Counted from the first letter of the stretch, positions 29,213 to 40,017 are shown. The stretch: DNA of 64,000 nt from Candidatus Omnitrophota bacterium (GCA_003598135.1 QZKA01000019.1:41690-105689), one strand, 5' to 3'. Made by a program: numbers and translations. Notes: generated from the letters alone by a model not told the origin.

Positions 29213-29575
29213 TTATGTCTTTTTTGTGAGCCGGTTGATTCTTACCCTTTTGGCGTCAGACCAAAGCCGCTCCAAAGAATAAAACTCTCTCATTGCCTTA
29301 TTGAAAATATGTACTACCACACTGGAAAAATCCAAAACTACCCATCCCGATTCGTCGTGCGGCAGCGTTTTTGTGAGAGAGTTTATTCCCTGCGTACCTA
29401 ATTCTTCCTGCAGTATCTCGGCAAGGGACTGTATCTGCCTTTGGGATTGCGCGCTTAAGACAACGAAATAGTCGCAGAAATTAACGACCTGACGCATATC
29501 CAAAACGACCACCTGCTGGGCCTTTTTATCCCTTGCAAGATTCGCGATATACAGAGCTATTTTTTTTGAATCTAT
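29213..29575 (-). CDS. rsfS: Ribosome silencing factor, probable ATA start
   Basis: DKKA, DYFVV, WVVLDF, VHIF, REFYSLERLW. The conserved N-helix extends 21 codons above the GTG to an ATA with AGGAG upstream. Confidence 0.9.
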   Translation of the reverse strand: MDSKKIALYIANLARDKKAQQVVVLDMRQVVNFCDYFVVLSAQSQRQIQSLAEILQEELGTQGINSLTKTLPHDESGWVVLDFSSVVVHIFNKAMREFYSLERLWSDAKRVRINRLTKKT

Positions 29576-29591
29576 GTGAGCGTGTCTCCTT

Positions 29592-29741
29592 TTATTGTTT
29601 CCCTAAAATTTTATACATGCCTGTGCCACATTCAGGGCATTTGCCTTTGACGGCTAACCTTTTATTCTTCATTGTTACTTTCTGCTCTTCTTTCATCTCT
29701 CTCTGCGTCTTGCATTTGACGCAATAACCTTTTTCTGCCAT
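29592..29741 (-). CDS. Small zinc-ribbon protein (DUF5679-like)
   Basis: MAEKGYCVKCKTQREMKEEQKVTMKNKRLAVKGKCPECGTGMYKILGKQ; AGGAGG RBS. Confidence 0.8.
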   Translation of the reverse strand: MAEKGYCVKCKTQREMKEEQKVTMKNKRLAVKGKCPECGTGMYKILGKQ

Positions 29742-29827
29742 TTCTTTCCTCCTTTTTGCTAACGCGGTTGTGTGATGAACTATGTTGCCTTGTATTTTTT
29801 TTGCAAAAATAAACACTTAATGAAATA

Positions 29828-29856
29828 ATAATAACATACGTAACTACGCCTGTCAA
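29828..29856 (-). promoter_or_regulatory. Sigma70 promoter for the DUF5679-rsfS-argS-recJ unit
   Basis: TTGACA-17-TATTAT. Confidence 0.65.
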
Positions 29857-29862
29857 ATCTTA

Positions 29863-30891
29863 TTATTTCGGGTATTTCGCTTGTTGTTCATCAATCTCCC
29901 CCACAATCTCTTCTAAAAGATCTTCCAGGGTAACCAAGCCGAGCGTCTTTTTCTGTTCATCTGCCACGATAGCGATCTGAATTCTTTCTGACTGAAACTT
30001 CCTCAACAGCTCATTCACCTTAAGCGTAGGGGGTACATAATAAGGCTGGTGCAATAAGTCCTGTAGGAGAAACAACCCTTTGTCGCGCAGGATATAGAGC
30101 AGGTCGCGCGCATAGAGTACCCCGACGATAGTATCGAGGTTGCCCGCATACACAGGAAGCCTCGCATGGCCCTCTTCGATAAACACGCTTAAGATTTCAT
30201 CGGCGCTCATGTTTATGTTTAATGCTACCATTTTTTCCTTCGCCACCATCACATCTCCGACTTTTATATCGCCGAATTCAAAAATGCGGTAGAGCAGTTT
30301 ACGCTCTTCATCGCTTAAGACCCCCTCTTCTTTTCCGATCTCTATCATCATCCGGATTTCTTCTTCCGTAATCAGGGGTGAACGTTTGGCGGGGGCAATC
30401 TTTAGGAGACGTAAAATAAAATTACTGGTAGCGGTAAATATGACGATGAGGGGATGGAATATCTTGATAAACGCCTCCATCAGGGGCGCGGTAAAAAGGG
30501 CGATTTTCTCCGTATGTTTGGTAGCTAGAATCTTCGGGGTAATCTCGCAGAGGATCAGTACAAAGAAAGTCGAAGCGAAAGTAGACACGATGACCCCCCA
30601 ATGATAGCCTAAGACCTGCACCAATATACCTGTCACAATTGCCGATATGGCTATATTGACAAAATCGTTTCCGATTAAAATTGCCGCAATGAACTTATCC
30701 AGCTTAGTGACAAGCCGCTGGAGGCTTTGGGCGTGCCGCAAGCCCTTATTCACCATATGGCGCAGCCTTATCTTGCTTAAGCCGATGACCGCCGTTTCTG
30801 ACGCAGAAAAGAAAAAAGAAATCAACGCCAGAAAGAGCATAAATAAAAGGGTGATTGGTAACGATATAAAAACGTCCGCCGTATTCATCAT
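29863..30891 (-). CDS. CNNM/CorB (DUF21 + CBS pair) family membrane protein
   Basis: FFSASETA, ILIGND, EITPK, HARLPVY, GLVTLEDLLEEIVGEI. Confidence 0.9.
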   Translation of the reverse strand: MMNTADVFISLPITLLFMLFLALISFFFSASETAVIGLSKIRLRHMVNKGLRHAQSLQRLVTKLDKFIAAILIGNDFVNIAISAIVTGILVQVLGYHWGVIVSTFASTFFVLILCEITPKILATKHTEKIALFTAPLMEAFIKIFHPLIVIFTATSNFILRLLKIAPAKRSPLITEEEIRMMIEIGKEEGVLSDEERKLLYRIFEFGDIKVGDVMVAKEKMVALNINMSADEILSVFIEEGHARLPVYAGNLDTIVGVLYARDLLYILRDKGLFLLQDLLHQPYYVPPTLKVNELLRKFQSERIQIAIVADEQKKTLGLVTLEDLLEEIVGEIDEQQAKYPK

Positions 30892-32153
30892 ATCCTACAG
30901 ATGCGCTCGAGATCCTCCCGGCTTTCTTTCACGGGCCCGATAACCGCTAAATTAAGTTTTTCTTCCCTGAAAATGAAACGCGCTGCCTCGCGTACATCGT
31001 TGGCTTTAATATACCTGATCTCTTTTATAATCTCCTCTAAGGTATACACCTTATCCTGCGTAATGACTGATTCGCCAATCCAAAGCATGCGGTCAAGGGT
31101 ATCTTCAAGCGCCAGTTCAAGCTGCCCCAAATAAAAATCTTTTGCGCGCTTAAGTTCGCTTGCCTTGACCTGCGCCAACTTGATTTTATGCAATTCTGAC
31201 AGGATAACTGAAACCGCCTCTTTAAGCTTTGAGGTATCAATACCTGCATGGACCACAAAAGCACCTGTATCTTCAAAACGTTTCACCTGGGAGCCTATCT
31301 CGTACGCCAAGCCCCTCTTTTCTCTCAGCTCATTAAACAAACGGCTTGACATATTAGCGCCCAGCAGTATGTGCAATAAATCCACCGCGAATCTTAAAGG
31401 GTGTGTCCTGCTGACGCCATGGAACCCCAAGGCAAGATGCGTCTGCTCAGTATCTTTACGCAACAGATGTAGCCCCGGCTTCTTCTGGCCTTCTCTGGCC
31501 CTCGCAAAACTGGTCGTGGCCTTTTTCGTAAGGCTACCGAATCTATCCTGGGCGTAACGCATGAATACATCGTAGTTATAAGAACCGGCAACGCTTAAAA
31601 GGATGTTTCTTGCCGTATAGTACGTTTCTTTATATTCGCGTATATCCTGTCTCTGTATGCCAAGCACCGACTCTTCAGTTCCCGCAATGCTCATTCCCAA
31701 CGGCTGGTCTGGCCATAAAAGCTTATCAAGTAAATCGTATACATAATACTGGGGTAAATCCTTGTACATCTTTATCTCTTCTAAAATCACTGTCCTTTCT
31801 TTCTTCATTTCCTCGGGTGGCAGGAGAGGATGCAGCACCATGTCAGAGAGTATGTCCATCGCCACAGAAAGATATTGCTTGGGAATCTTTACTAAATAAC
31901 AGGTAAGCTCTTCTGAGGTAAAGCCGTTCAACGCCCCCCCCACTCCCTCAATCGATTCTTTAATCCTCCTGCATGAATAGCGCCTGCTTCCCTTAAACAA
32001 CAAGTGCTCGATGAAATGGCTTATGCCTTTTAACGAAGGATTCTCGTAGCGGCCTCCGACTTTTATCCATATACCGAATGCGACTGATTGCATATGCGAC
32101 ATGGGTTCGGCAACAATCTTGAGCCCGTTGGCAAGTACGGTTTTCTTATGCAT
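30888..32153 (-). CDS. M16 (pitrilysin) family zinc peptidase
   Basis: GISHFIEHLLFKG (HxxEH), NGFTS, SSRLFNELREKRGLAY. Confidence 0.92.
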   Translation of the reverse strand: MHKKTVLANGLKIVAEPMSHMQSVAFGIWIKVGGRYENPSLKGISHFIEHLLFKGSRRYSCRRIKESIEGVGGALNGFTSEELTCYLVKIPKQYLSVAMDILSDMVLHPLLPPEEMKKERTVILEEIKMYKDLPQYYVYDLLDKLLWPDQPLGMSIAGTEESVLGIQRQDIREYKETYYTARNILLSVAGSYNYDVFMRYAQDRFGSLTKKATTSFARAREGQKKPGLHLLRKDTEQTHLALGFHGVSRTHPLRFAVDLLHILLGANMSSRLFNELREKRGLAYEIGSQVKRFEDTGAFVVHAGIDTSKLKEAVSVILSELHKIKLAQVKASELKRAKDFYLGQLELALEDTLDRMLWIGESVITQDKVYTLEEIIKEIRYIKANDVREAARFIFREEKLNLAVIGPVKESREDLERICRI

Positions 32154-32934
32154 CTTTTAACTCCCGGACAAAAGCGGCCACGCGTTGAATCATATCGGAA
32201 TAGCTAAGACTTTCTTTGATCTTCTTTATGATGGCACTACCTACGATGACACCGTCGGCAACCCGATATACCTGCCTTACCTGAGAAGGAACGGATATGC
32301 CAAAGCCCACACAGACGGGCTTTGTGGTTATGTGTTTAATTTGCCGAACTCTTCGCGCCAGGTCCGCAACCATACTGGTTCTGGGCCCGGTAATACCCTC
32401 TAGGGAAATATAATAAATAAACCCTTTAGCGCTTGAAGCAATAGCTTTACTACGCGCCGGACTGCTGGTCGGCGAGATAAAAGGTATTATATCGACCCCT
32501 ACGCGGAGGGCTGCCACAGCCAACGTGCGCGCCTCTTCGAAAGGCAGATCGGGGATAAGCACACCATCCACCCCTGCGGCATGCGCCTGTTCAATAAAAG
32601 CTGTCTCGCCGAAACAGAAAATTGGGTTATAATAAGACATAAGGCATAAGGGAATAGCAACATCGTTTCGCAGCTGCTTTACTGTGTGCAGTATAGCCTT
32701 AAGTGTAACTTTGTTTTTCAATGCCGCCACAGACGCCTCCTGGATGAGCGGGCCGTCTGCGATAGGATCGGAAAAAGGAACCCCTAATTCAATGATATCC
32801 ACCCCGCTTTCGGCAAAGGCACGCACCAGTTTCTTCGTAATGGAGAGGCTCGGGTAGCCGGCGGTGATAAAGGCAATAAATGCCTTTTTTTTGCTTTTCT
32901 TTAATTCCCTGAATGTCTTTTCTATCCTATTCAT
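32146..32934 (-). CDS. trpA: Tryptophan synthase alpha subunit
   Basis: [42 protein letters not shown]. Confidence 0.97.
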   Translation of the reverse strand: MNRIEKTFRELKKSKKKAFIAFITAGYPSLSITKKLVRAFAESGVDIIELGVPFSDPIADGPLIQEASVAALKNKVTLKAILHTVKQLRNDVAIPLCLMSYYNPIFCFGETAFIEQAHAAGVDGVLIPDLPFEEARTLAVAALRVGVDIIPFISPTSSPARSKAIASSAKGFIYYISLEGITGPRTSMVADLARRVRQIKHITTKPVCVGFGISVPSQVRQVYRVADGVIVGSAIIKKIKESLSYSDMIQRVAAFVRELKDA

Positions 32935-34121
32935 AAGTGTAATGCGGTAATAGCGGTCCCCATGTCTTTATCTCCTCTGCCGGAAAGACAAAGGATTACT
33001 ATTGCATCCTTGGGTATACGCGTCTCTTCTGCCGCTTTTTTTAAATATCCGAGTGCGTGTGCTGGCTCAAGCGCAGGGATAATGCCTTCAGCGCGGGAAA
33101 GCAGCTTGAATCCCTCCAGCGCTTGGCGGTCATCCACTGCCACATATACAGCCCTTCTGATAGCCTTTAAATAGGCATGCTCCGGTCCCACCCCCGGATA
33201 ATCAAGGCCCGCGGCAATAGAATGCGCAGGCAGAATCTGTCCGTCATGGTCTTCTAAGACTTGTGACTTTGCCCCATGCAGGATTCCAGTTCTGCCGCTT
33301 ACCAGGGTTGCGGAGTGTTTGCCTGAACGTAAACCAAAACCGGCAGCTTCCACGCCGATACATTTGACTTTTGTATCATTAAGAAAAGGGTAAAATAATC
33401 CTATGGCATTACTTCCCGCCCCTACGCAGGCAACCAAATAATCGGGAAGTTTTTTTTCCTTCTTTAAAATTTGCGTTCTCGCTTCACGGCCTATCACCGA
33501 TTGGTAATCTCTCACAATCATAGGGTAGGGGTGCGGGCCTACTACCGAACCGAGGATATAATGGGTTGTCTTTACGTGAGTGACCCAATCACGCATTGCT
33601 TCGTTTATCGCATCCTTAAGCGTTGCCGAACCGCTTTCAACCGGAACTACGCCTGCGCCCAGTAATTTCATGCGGGATACATTAAGCTCCTGCCTGTGTA
33701 TATCCTCTTTGCCCATATACACGATACATTCCAGCCCGAATAACGCACAGACCGTTGCCACAGCTACGCCGTGCTGACCTGCGCCTGTTTCGGCAATAAT
33801 GCGCTTCTTCCCCATCCTTAGCGCAAGCAGTATCTGGCCTAGGGTATTATTTATTTTATGCGCGCCCGTGTGGAGTAAATCCTCCCGCTTAAGATATATT
33901 TTACGTATCTTAAGGCCCTTGCTAAGGTTTTCAGCCAGATACAAGGGTGTCGGCCTACCAGCATATTCGCGCAGGTAATACTGAAGTTTCTTGCCAAAGG
34001 CTGAGTCACCCTTTGCGCGTACATATGCCTCTTCTAATTCATTGAGGGCAGCCATAAGGGTCTCTGGCACGAACCTCCCACCAAAATCCCCGAAGTATCC
34101 TTTTTTATCCGGTATACGCAT
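32931..34121 (-). CDS. trpB: Tryptophan synthase beta subunit
   Basis: [47 protein letters not shown]. Confidence 0.98.
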   Translation of the reverse strand: MRIPDKKGYFGDFGGRFVPETLMAALNELEEAYVRAKGDSAFGKKLQYYLREYAGRPTPLYLAENLSKGLKIRKIYLKREDLLHTGAHKINNTLGQILLALRMGKKRIIAETGAGQHGVAVATVCALFGLECIVYMGKEDIHRQELNVSRMKLLGAGVVPVESGSATLKDAINEAMRDWVTHVKTTHYILGSVVGPHPYPMIVRDYQSVIGREARTQILKKEKKLPDYLVACVGAGSNAIGLFYPFLNDTKVKCIGVEAAGFGLRSGKHSATLVSGRTGILHGAKSQVLEDHDGQILPAHSIAAGLDYPGVGPEHAYLKAIRRAVYVAVDDRQALEGFKLLSRAEGIIPALEPAHALGYLKKAAEETRIPKDAIVILCLSGRGDKDMGTAITALHL

Positions 34122-34162
34122 AGTGGATAACCCCCCTACATAGAAATCGCCATAATGTCGCC

Positions 34163-34191
34163 ATTATAGAGAAAATCGGACTCCGTGTCAA
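34163..34191 (-). promoter_or_regulatory. Perfect-consensus sigma70 promoter upstream of trpB
   Basis: TTGACA-17-TATAAT on the minus strand. Confidence 0.8.
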
Positions 34192-34207
34192 TGTAAGAAG
34201 ACCCCCT

Positions 34208-34759
34208 TTATCTGTCTAGTAGCCTAAAAGAATTGGTGATCAAGCGCGCGTCAGCCACATAACGTTCAAATTCATCAGGCATGGCTACGTAGGTGATAAT
34301 ATATCCTTTATTCCTATGTACGAAAATTGTCTGAAGGCATTTGGCAAAGACGCCACGCTCAAGCGTTGAAAAAAGCAACGCGTATGCCTCCTGCTTGTTC
34401 TTCAGTCTTATTTTCTTTACCTGAGCTACTTTCGTGCTTGAGGTCGGCTCTTCGAGCGCCTCTCTGGTCGCTTTATAATATTGATTGAGGGTGAGTGAAT
34501 TACTGCCAAAATTCTGTACGATAATATTGATACTCTCAAAAAAGATATCATTCTCATTACTGCGCGGCGATATAAAACTCACTATCCCGCCACCGCCAAT
34601 ATCGCTGACCGTAAAAGATGCGGGATAACGTACGGTGTAGCGAAAAAGGCCGTTTTTATACGTCAGGAGCGCTGGGTTATAAGAAAATAAAAGAAACCAT
34701 ATCCCCGCCGCTATCGCTGCCACCGCCGAAGCAATAATGAATTTATGTTTTGTTTTCAT
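34208..34759 (-). CDS. Membrane-anchored PsbP/Mog1/DcrB-like protein
   Basis: N-terminal TM; YKNGLFRYTVRYP, FESINIIVQ, GYIITY, ITNSF pattern. Confidence 0.6.
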   Translation of the reverse strand: MKTKHKFIIASAVAAIAAGIWFLLFSYNPALLTYKNGLFRYTVRYPASFTVSDIGGGGIVSFISPRSNENDIFFESINIIVQNFGSNSLTLNQYYKATREALEEPTSSTKVAQVKKIRLKNKQEAYALLFSTLERGVFAKCLQTIFVHRNKGYIITYVAMPDEFERYVADARLITNSFRLLDR

Positions 34760-34785
34760 TTTCTCATCCTTTTGCGTGAAAGGGC

Positions 34786-35418
34786 CTAATTTGTCTTTAC
34801 CGCCCGGATAAACCTTTTGACTTTGCCGTGATGCTTTTTACCGGCGGATAATTCTACAGCACTGGATACATCAACCCACTGGGGTTTTACCGCTGTTATC
34901 GCCCTGCGCACATTGCGTTCGTTAAGGCCGCCTGATAAAAATATGGGCCTTCGTAAAGCAGTAAAATGGCGCATAAGGCTCCAATCAAACGTCTTTCCGG
35001 TACCGCCGGGCTTTGACGCGCTAAATGCATCAAAGAGATAGGCAAACACCCGGTAATGCTCGATACTTTTAAAGCTGTGTGTATCTTGTATCCTGAAGGC
35101 CTTGATTATCCTCTTTTTCCCGAAGCGGTTGCAGAACGCAACAGATTCGTTCCCGTGAAATTGCAACATATCGAAACGGCACATCCTGTCTATGGTCCGG
35201 ATCGTTTTTTCTCTTGCGTTTACGAATACGCCTATTCGTATCACCCTCCTGGGAAGCAGACGCATGATAGCCTTGGCGTTGCGGGGAGAAATATAACGCG
35301 GACTCTTTTTATAGAACACAAAACCGAGCGCATCGTAGCCGGAATCTACGGCACTCCTAGCATCCTCGGCATTGGTAATCCCGCAGATTTTTACCTTCAC
35401 TGCCTTGCCTGTTACCAA
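34786..35418 (-). CDS. trpF: Phosphoribosylanthranilate isomerase
   Basis: VKICGIT, SPRY, QFHGNE, GGTGKTFDW, GGL, VDVSSAVE. Start may be GTG 35400. Confidence 0.95.
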   Translation of the reverse strand: MVTGKAVKVKICGITNAEDARSAVDSGYDALGFVFYKKSPRYISPRNAKAIMRLLPRRVIRIGVFVNAREKTIRTIDRMCRFDMLQFHGNESVAFCNRFGKKRIIKAFRIQDTHSFKSIEHYRVFAYLFDAFSASKPGGTGKTFDWSLMRHFTALRRPIFLSGGLNERNVRRAITAVKPQWVDVSSAVELSAGKKHHGKVKRFIRAVKTN

Positions 35419-36275
35419 CCCATCAACTCCTGTATTGTATTGACAATATGCGGTGAACGCAAAAGGGCTTCACCTACAAGGATCGCATTGACTCCGAAGA
35501 TTTTTAAAAAGAGGGTGTCCTGATAACTCTTTATCCCGCTCTCAACCACAGTCACCCTCTCTCTCGGGATCAAAGGAAAAAGCCTTTCAGTTGTTTTAAA
35601 ATCGACTTGGAGCGTATGCAAATTACGGTTGTTTATTCCGATTGCAAAAGAAATCTCTTTGTGTGTTGCTCGGCCTGGCACCTTTTTTCCTGCATGGGCC
35701 TCAGGCGCTTCAGGCAAAGGGACTTTTAGTCCGAGCATTTTCTTAAGCTCTTTTTCCTCGTGTACCTCAACCAGGCATTCAAGACCAAGGCCTTGGGCCA
35801 GCGTAATCAATTCCTGAATTTTTTCTTTGGAAAGCAAATCCGCGATAAGAAGCACGGCATCCGCACCGAACGCGCGTGATTCATAAATCTGATAGGGTTC
35901 AAAAATAAAATCCTTGCGCAATAAAGGGATGCCGCTAACTGCGCCTTTGACATCGCTTAAATACGAAATGCTCCCCTGAAAAAAGTCTTCTTCCGTCAGT
36001 ACTGATATGGCGGCAACGCCTGCCTCCTGGTAACAACGTGCGATCTGCGCAGGATTAAAATCCTGGCAAATGACCCCGCTTGAAGGTGAAGCCTTTTTGA
36101 TTTCTGCGATGAGAGAAAGGACGCGGGGCTTGGAGATGGCCTCCAAAAACGGCAGCGTAGGTCCAAGGGTAAGTATTTTAGAACGCAACATTTCTTCCGA
36201 GCATTGCTGCCTTGCCAGAATAATCTTTTCGGTCTTTTTTGCAATAATATCTTTTAAGACATCTGCCTTCTTCAT
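35412..36275 (-). CDS. trpC: Indole-3-glycerol phosphate synthase
   Basis: IAEIKKASPS, SVLTE, LRKDF, LVEVH, GINNRNL, ESGI, LVGE. Confidence 0.96.
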   Translation of the reverse strand: MKKADVLKDIIAKKTEKIILARQQCSEEMLRSKILTLGPTLPFLEAISKPRVLSLIAEIKKASPSSGVICQDFNPAQIARCYQEAGVAAISVLTEEDFFQGSISYLSDVKGAVSGIPLLRKDFIFEPYQIYESRAFGADAVLLIADLLSKEKIQELITLAQGLGLECLVEVHEEKELKKMLGLKVPLPEAPEAHAGKKVPGRATHKEISFAIGINNRNLHTLQVDFKTTERLFPLIPRERVTVVESGIKSYQDTLFLKIFGVNAILVGEALLRSPHIVNTIQELMGW

Positions 36276-37294
36276 TACAATCCTTCCTCATTAGAACATG
36301 CTTTTAGGAGAGCCAATTTTTCCAGTGCCTTTCCCGAATCTATAGAAACACAGGCAAGCCTAAGCCCTTCTTTAATCGAAGCTGCTTTATCCGCCGCATA
36401 AATAGCGCAGGCAGCGTTCAAGAGCACTATATCACGGTAAGGGCCGGTTTTACCGCTTAAGACACCGGTGAGGATCTTTGCGTTATCACTGGCAGTGCCG
36501 CCTTTAAGTTCCTCAAGGCCAACCAGCATAAGTCCGAAATCCTCCGGAGATATACGGTAATTTTTCAACAAGCTTCCTTTTGCATCGGAAACAAAGGTTG
36601 AGCCGGTAGTAGTTGCTTCATCGAGACCGTCCTCGCCGTGTACGACAAGGGCATGTTTAGTCCCTAAATTACAGAGTGTGCGTGCCAGGGGCTCTGTCAG
36701 TTTCCTGTCATAGACGCCTACCAGTTGATGCGTAGCTCCCGCTGGATTCACCAGGGGCCCGAGGATGTTAAAAATGGTTCTTGTGCCTATCTGTTTCCTT
36801 GCCGGCATTGCATACTTCATTGCCGGATGCATTGCAGGCGCAAATAAAAAGGCTATTCCTATCTTCTTAAGGCAGCTGATAATTTTTTCTCTGTCCATAT
36901 TGATATTGATGCCCATGGCCTCAAGGATGTCGGCGCTGCCTGACATGCTTGAGATCGAACGGTTGCCGTGCTTTGCAACGGTAATACCCGCACCGCAGGC
37001 AACAAAGGCAACCGCCGTAGAAACGTTAAAGGTGCCTTTCTTATCCCCTCCTGTACCGCAGGTATCCAGCACGATATCTTCATCTACGCTAATCTTTACT
37101 GCGTGTGTACGCATCACCGAAACCGCAGCCGTTAATTCCTCAACAGTCTCTCCTTTTTTCCCCAGCTCCACTAAGAAAGAGACAACGGCATCGGTAGAGA
37201 TGGCTCCGGTCATGATTTCTTCCATGGCCGAGCGCATCTGCCCTGAAGTCAAATCCTTTCCCGCCTTAAGTGTTTCTGTCGCTTCGCGAATCAT
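36275..37294 (-). CDS. trpD: Anthranilate phosphoribosyltransferase
   Basis: DTCGTGGD, FNVST, KHGNRS, GSAD, RTIFNILGP, DGLDE. Confidence 0.97.
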   Translation of the reverse strand: MIREATETLKAGKDLTSGQMRSAMEEIMTGAISTDAVVSFLVELGKKGETVEELTAAVSVMRTHAVKISVDEDIVLDTCGTGGDKKGTFNVSTAVAFVACGAGITVAKHGNRSISSMSGSADILEAMGININMDREKIISCLKKIGIAFLFAPAMHPAMKYAMPARKQIGTRTIFNILGPLVNPAGATHQLVGVYDRKLTEPLARTLCNLGTKHALVVHGEDGLDEATTTGSTFVSDAKGSLLKNYRISPEDFGLMLVGLEELKGGTASDNAKILTGVLSGKTGPYRDIVLLNAACAIYAADKAASIKEGLRLACVSIDSGKALEKLALLKACSNEEGL

Positions 37295-37303
37295 AGAATA
37301 AAT

Positions 37304-37894
37304 TTAGAGATATCGCCTGCCGTAAGCCTTGACCTGCTGCAGGAAATTCCCAAGCAATTGTTTACCGGCGTGTGTGAGTATTGATTCCGGATGGAATTGA
37401 ACCCCCCACAGGGGTAGATCCCTGTGTTTCAACCCCATGATCTCTGCCTCTTTTGTCCAGGCAGTGATAAGGAGGCAATCAGGCAGACCTTTCTTTTCTA
37501 CCAAAAGCGAATGGTAACGCGTCGCCTCAAAAGGGTTTTCTATGTTTTTAAAAATAGTTTTTTTATCATGATAAATCCATGAAGTCTTGCCGTGCATAAT
37601 CTTCTTGGCTATCCCCACCTTAGCTCCGAATGCATAGCCGATGCACTGATGGCCAAGGCATACACCCAGTATCGCAACGGTACCCGCAAAACACTCAATA
37701 AGCTGGCAGGAGATCCCTGCGTTTTCGGGCCTGCCTGGGCCAGGAGAAATCACAATACAATCAGGCCTAAGCCTCCGGATTCTTTCAAGGGTAATCTTGT
37801 CATTACGGAATACTTTTACTACCTGTCCGAGTTCCTGGAAATATTGCACTAGGTTATAGGTAAAAGAATCGTAGTTGTCAATTACCAGAAGCAT
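37304..37894 (-). CDS. trpG: Anthranilate/aminodeoxychorismate synthase glutamine amidotransferase component II
   Basis: Start at [15 protein letters not shown]; SPGPG, GVCLGHQ, RYHS, QFHPES. Confidence 0.93.
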   Translation of the reverse strand: MLLVIDNYDSFTYNLVQYFQELGQVVKVFRNDKITLERIRRLRPDCIVISPGPGRPENAGISCQLIECFAGTVAILGVCLGHQCIGYAFGAKVGIAKKIMHGKTSWIYHDKKTIFKNIENPFEATRYHSLLVEKKGLPDCLLITAWTKEAEIMGLKHRDLPLWGVQFHPESILTHAGKQLLGNFLQQVKAYGRRYL

Positions 37895-37896
37895 GG

Positions 37897-39159
37897 CTAT
37901 TCCTTTTCCCTTTTGATACAAGCGCCCAATTGCTGCAACTTTATGTCTAAATTCTCGTATCCCCGCTCAAGATGATAAATCCTGGAGATAGAAGTAGTTC
38001 CTTTTGCAGCGAGTCCGGCCAAGACTAGGCTTGCCGACGCCCTGAGGTCGGAAGCCATGACTGGGGCACCGGAAAGTTGCTTGACCCCTTCTACGATTGC
38101 ACTAGGGCCCTCGCGCTGGATGGACGCTCCCATACGGTTAAGTTCTGCCACATGCATGAACCTGTCAGGGTAGACCTTTTCGGTGATCACACTCACTCCG
38201 GGCGTAACGCTCATCAGGCTCATCATCTGCGCCTGCATATCGGTAGGAAAGCCCGGATACGGTAACGTAGTAACATTCACAGAATGTAGTCTGCGCCGGC
38301 TATATACACGCAGCGAACTATCCGACTTCCTTACTGAGGCACCGGACTCTAAAAGCTTGTCAATCACTGCCCCTAAATGCTGAAAATTGACGTTTTTAAT
38401 CAGGATATCCCCCCTGGTCATTAACGCAGCTACCATGAAGGTGCCTGCTTCAATACGGTCAGGTATTATCTTATGCTCTGCTCCATGTAGGCGCTTGACT
38501 CCTTCTATCTCAATAATCGGTGTGCCATGTCCTTTGACTTTTGCGCCCATCTTCACCAAGAATGCTGCGAGGTCCTGTACTTCCGGCTCGCACGCTGCCG
38601 CTTCAATTATCGTCTTGCCCTTACCCAACACCGCAGCCATGAGTAAATTATCTGTGGCCAGCACAGAAGAGCCGAATGTGCCGCCCAGATATATATAACC
38701 TCCCTTGAGAGACTTGGCGCACGCGATCACGTACCCCGCATCAATCTTGATATCCACACCCAAAGCCTTTAAACCCTTTAAATGCAGATCAACCGGTCTC
38801 ACTCCTATAATGCAACCGCCGGGAAGCGATACCTTTGCTTCTTTGTATTTGCCGATGAGCGGCCCTAACACGCAGAAAGAAGCACGCATCGTAGAAACAA
38901 GCTTATAATCGGCTACCACGCTATGCTTCCTCGTAGAATTCACCTTAGCTACACCGTTATCAAAAAAAACCTCTTTACCCAAAGAACGCAGGATCTTTAA
39001 CATAGTGATGGTATCACGCAAATGCGGGACCCCCCTGATTACGCAAGGCTCATCGGTCAGCAGTGTGGCAGCAAGTATGGGTAGTGATGCATTTTTTGAT
39101 CCGGAAACAACCACCTCTCCCTTAAGTTGCGTTCTACCGCGAATAATTAATTTATCCAT
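37897..39159 (-). CDS. murA: UDP-N-acetylglucosamine 1-carboxyvinyltransferase
   Basis: [20 protein letters not shown] (Cys115 type), [19 protein letters not shown]. Confidence 0.97.
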   Translation of the reverse strand: MDKLIIRGRTQLKGEVVVSGSKNASLPILAATLLTDEPCVIRGVPHLRDTITMLKILRSLGKEVFFDNGVAKVNSTRKHSVVADYKLVSTMRASFCVLGPLIGKYKEAKVSLPGGCIIGVRPVDLHLKGLKALGVDIKIDAGYVIACAKSLKGGYIYLGGTFGSSVLATDNLLMAAVLGKGKTIIEAAACEPEVQDLAAFLVKMGAKVKGHGTPIIEIEGVKRLHGAEHKIIPDRIEAGTFMVAALMTRGDILIKNVNFQHLGAVIDKLLESGASVRKSDSSLRVYSRRRLHSVNVTTLPYPGFPTDMQAQMMSLMSVTPGVSVITEKVYPDRFMHVAELNRMGASIQREGPSAIVEGVKQLSGAPVMASDLRASASLVLAGLAAKGTTSISRIYHLERGYENLDIKLQQLGACIKREKE

Positions 39160-39165
39160 CGTCTC

Positions 39166-40005
39166 TCACTTCATCCTTCCTTTATCATCCAGACAAGCGC
39201 TGCCAATCCTGGCGCGCGCTACGATTACACGCTCAATCCCACTATAATCCTTAATAACCTTGGTTACCTCGAAAACTCCCTGTGCCTGAAAAATCTCAAC
39301 TACCGCATCTTTCTGATTGCTGCCTACTTCAACTACAACTGCGCCGTCGGCTTTCAAAAAACGAGGAGCATCCGCACTAATCCTTCTATAGAAATCAAGA
39401 CCGTCAAGTCCTCCGTCAAGGGCAACAAACGGCTGATTCCGCACTTCTGGCGCAAGGTGCGCTATTTCACACTGCCGTATATACGGAGGGTTGCTTACTA
39501 TCATATCAAAAGTCCTACCATCCAATGCAGGGCTTGCGAATAAATCGCTGTGTATATAATTAATACGGTCCTCTAAGCCGTACAGCCTTGCGTTTGCCTG
39601 CGCACGCGCAAGGGCCCTCCTAGAAATATCTACTGCAAAAAACTGTGCCTGCGGCAACCAGCGTGCAAGGGCTATGGCGATAACCCCGGCGCCTGTGCCC
39701 AAATCCATGATACGTACGCACTCTTTCTTTTGAAGACGCAAAGAGGTAATGCAGGAGAAGGCTTCTTCTATGACCAATTCTGTTTCCGGCCGGGGAATAA
39801 ACACATCTGCATCTACCTTGAATTCCAGCCCCATGCATTCGGCATCCCCCAGGATATATTCCAAAGGAACGCCCTCAATCCTTTTCTTCAACGCCCCTGA
39901 AAGAAAAAGGGTTTCTCTCCTGCCAAGCTTCCTGTGCCCATCAAGGTAGAGAAGCGCACGGTCACATCGCAAGAGCCTGCTCAATAATATCTCGGCTTCA
40001 TTCAT
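39166..40005 (-). CDS. prmC: Release factor glutamine methyltransferase
   Basis: IPRPETE, DLGTGAG, SNPPY, ALDGG; follows prfA. Confidence 0.95.
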   Translation of the reverse strand: MNEAEILLSRLLRCDRALLYLDGHRKLGRRETLFLSGALKKRIEGVPLEYILGDAECMGLEFKVDADVFIPRPETELVIEEAFSCITSLRLQKKECVRIMDLGTGAGVIAIALARWLPQAQFFAVDISRRALARAQANARLYGLEDRINYIHSDLFASPALDGRTFDMIVSNPPYIRQCEIAHLAPEVRNQPFVALDGGLDGLDFYRRISADAPRFLKADGAVVVEVGSNQKDAVVEIFQAQGVFEVTKVIKDYSGIERVIVARARIGSACLDDKGRMK

Positions 40006-40017
40006 CGCACATCGCCT

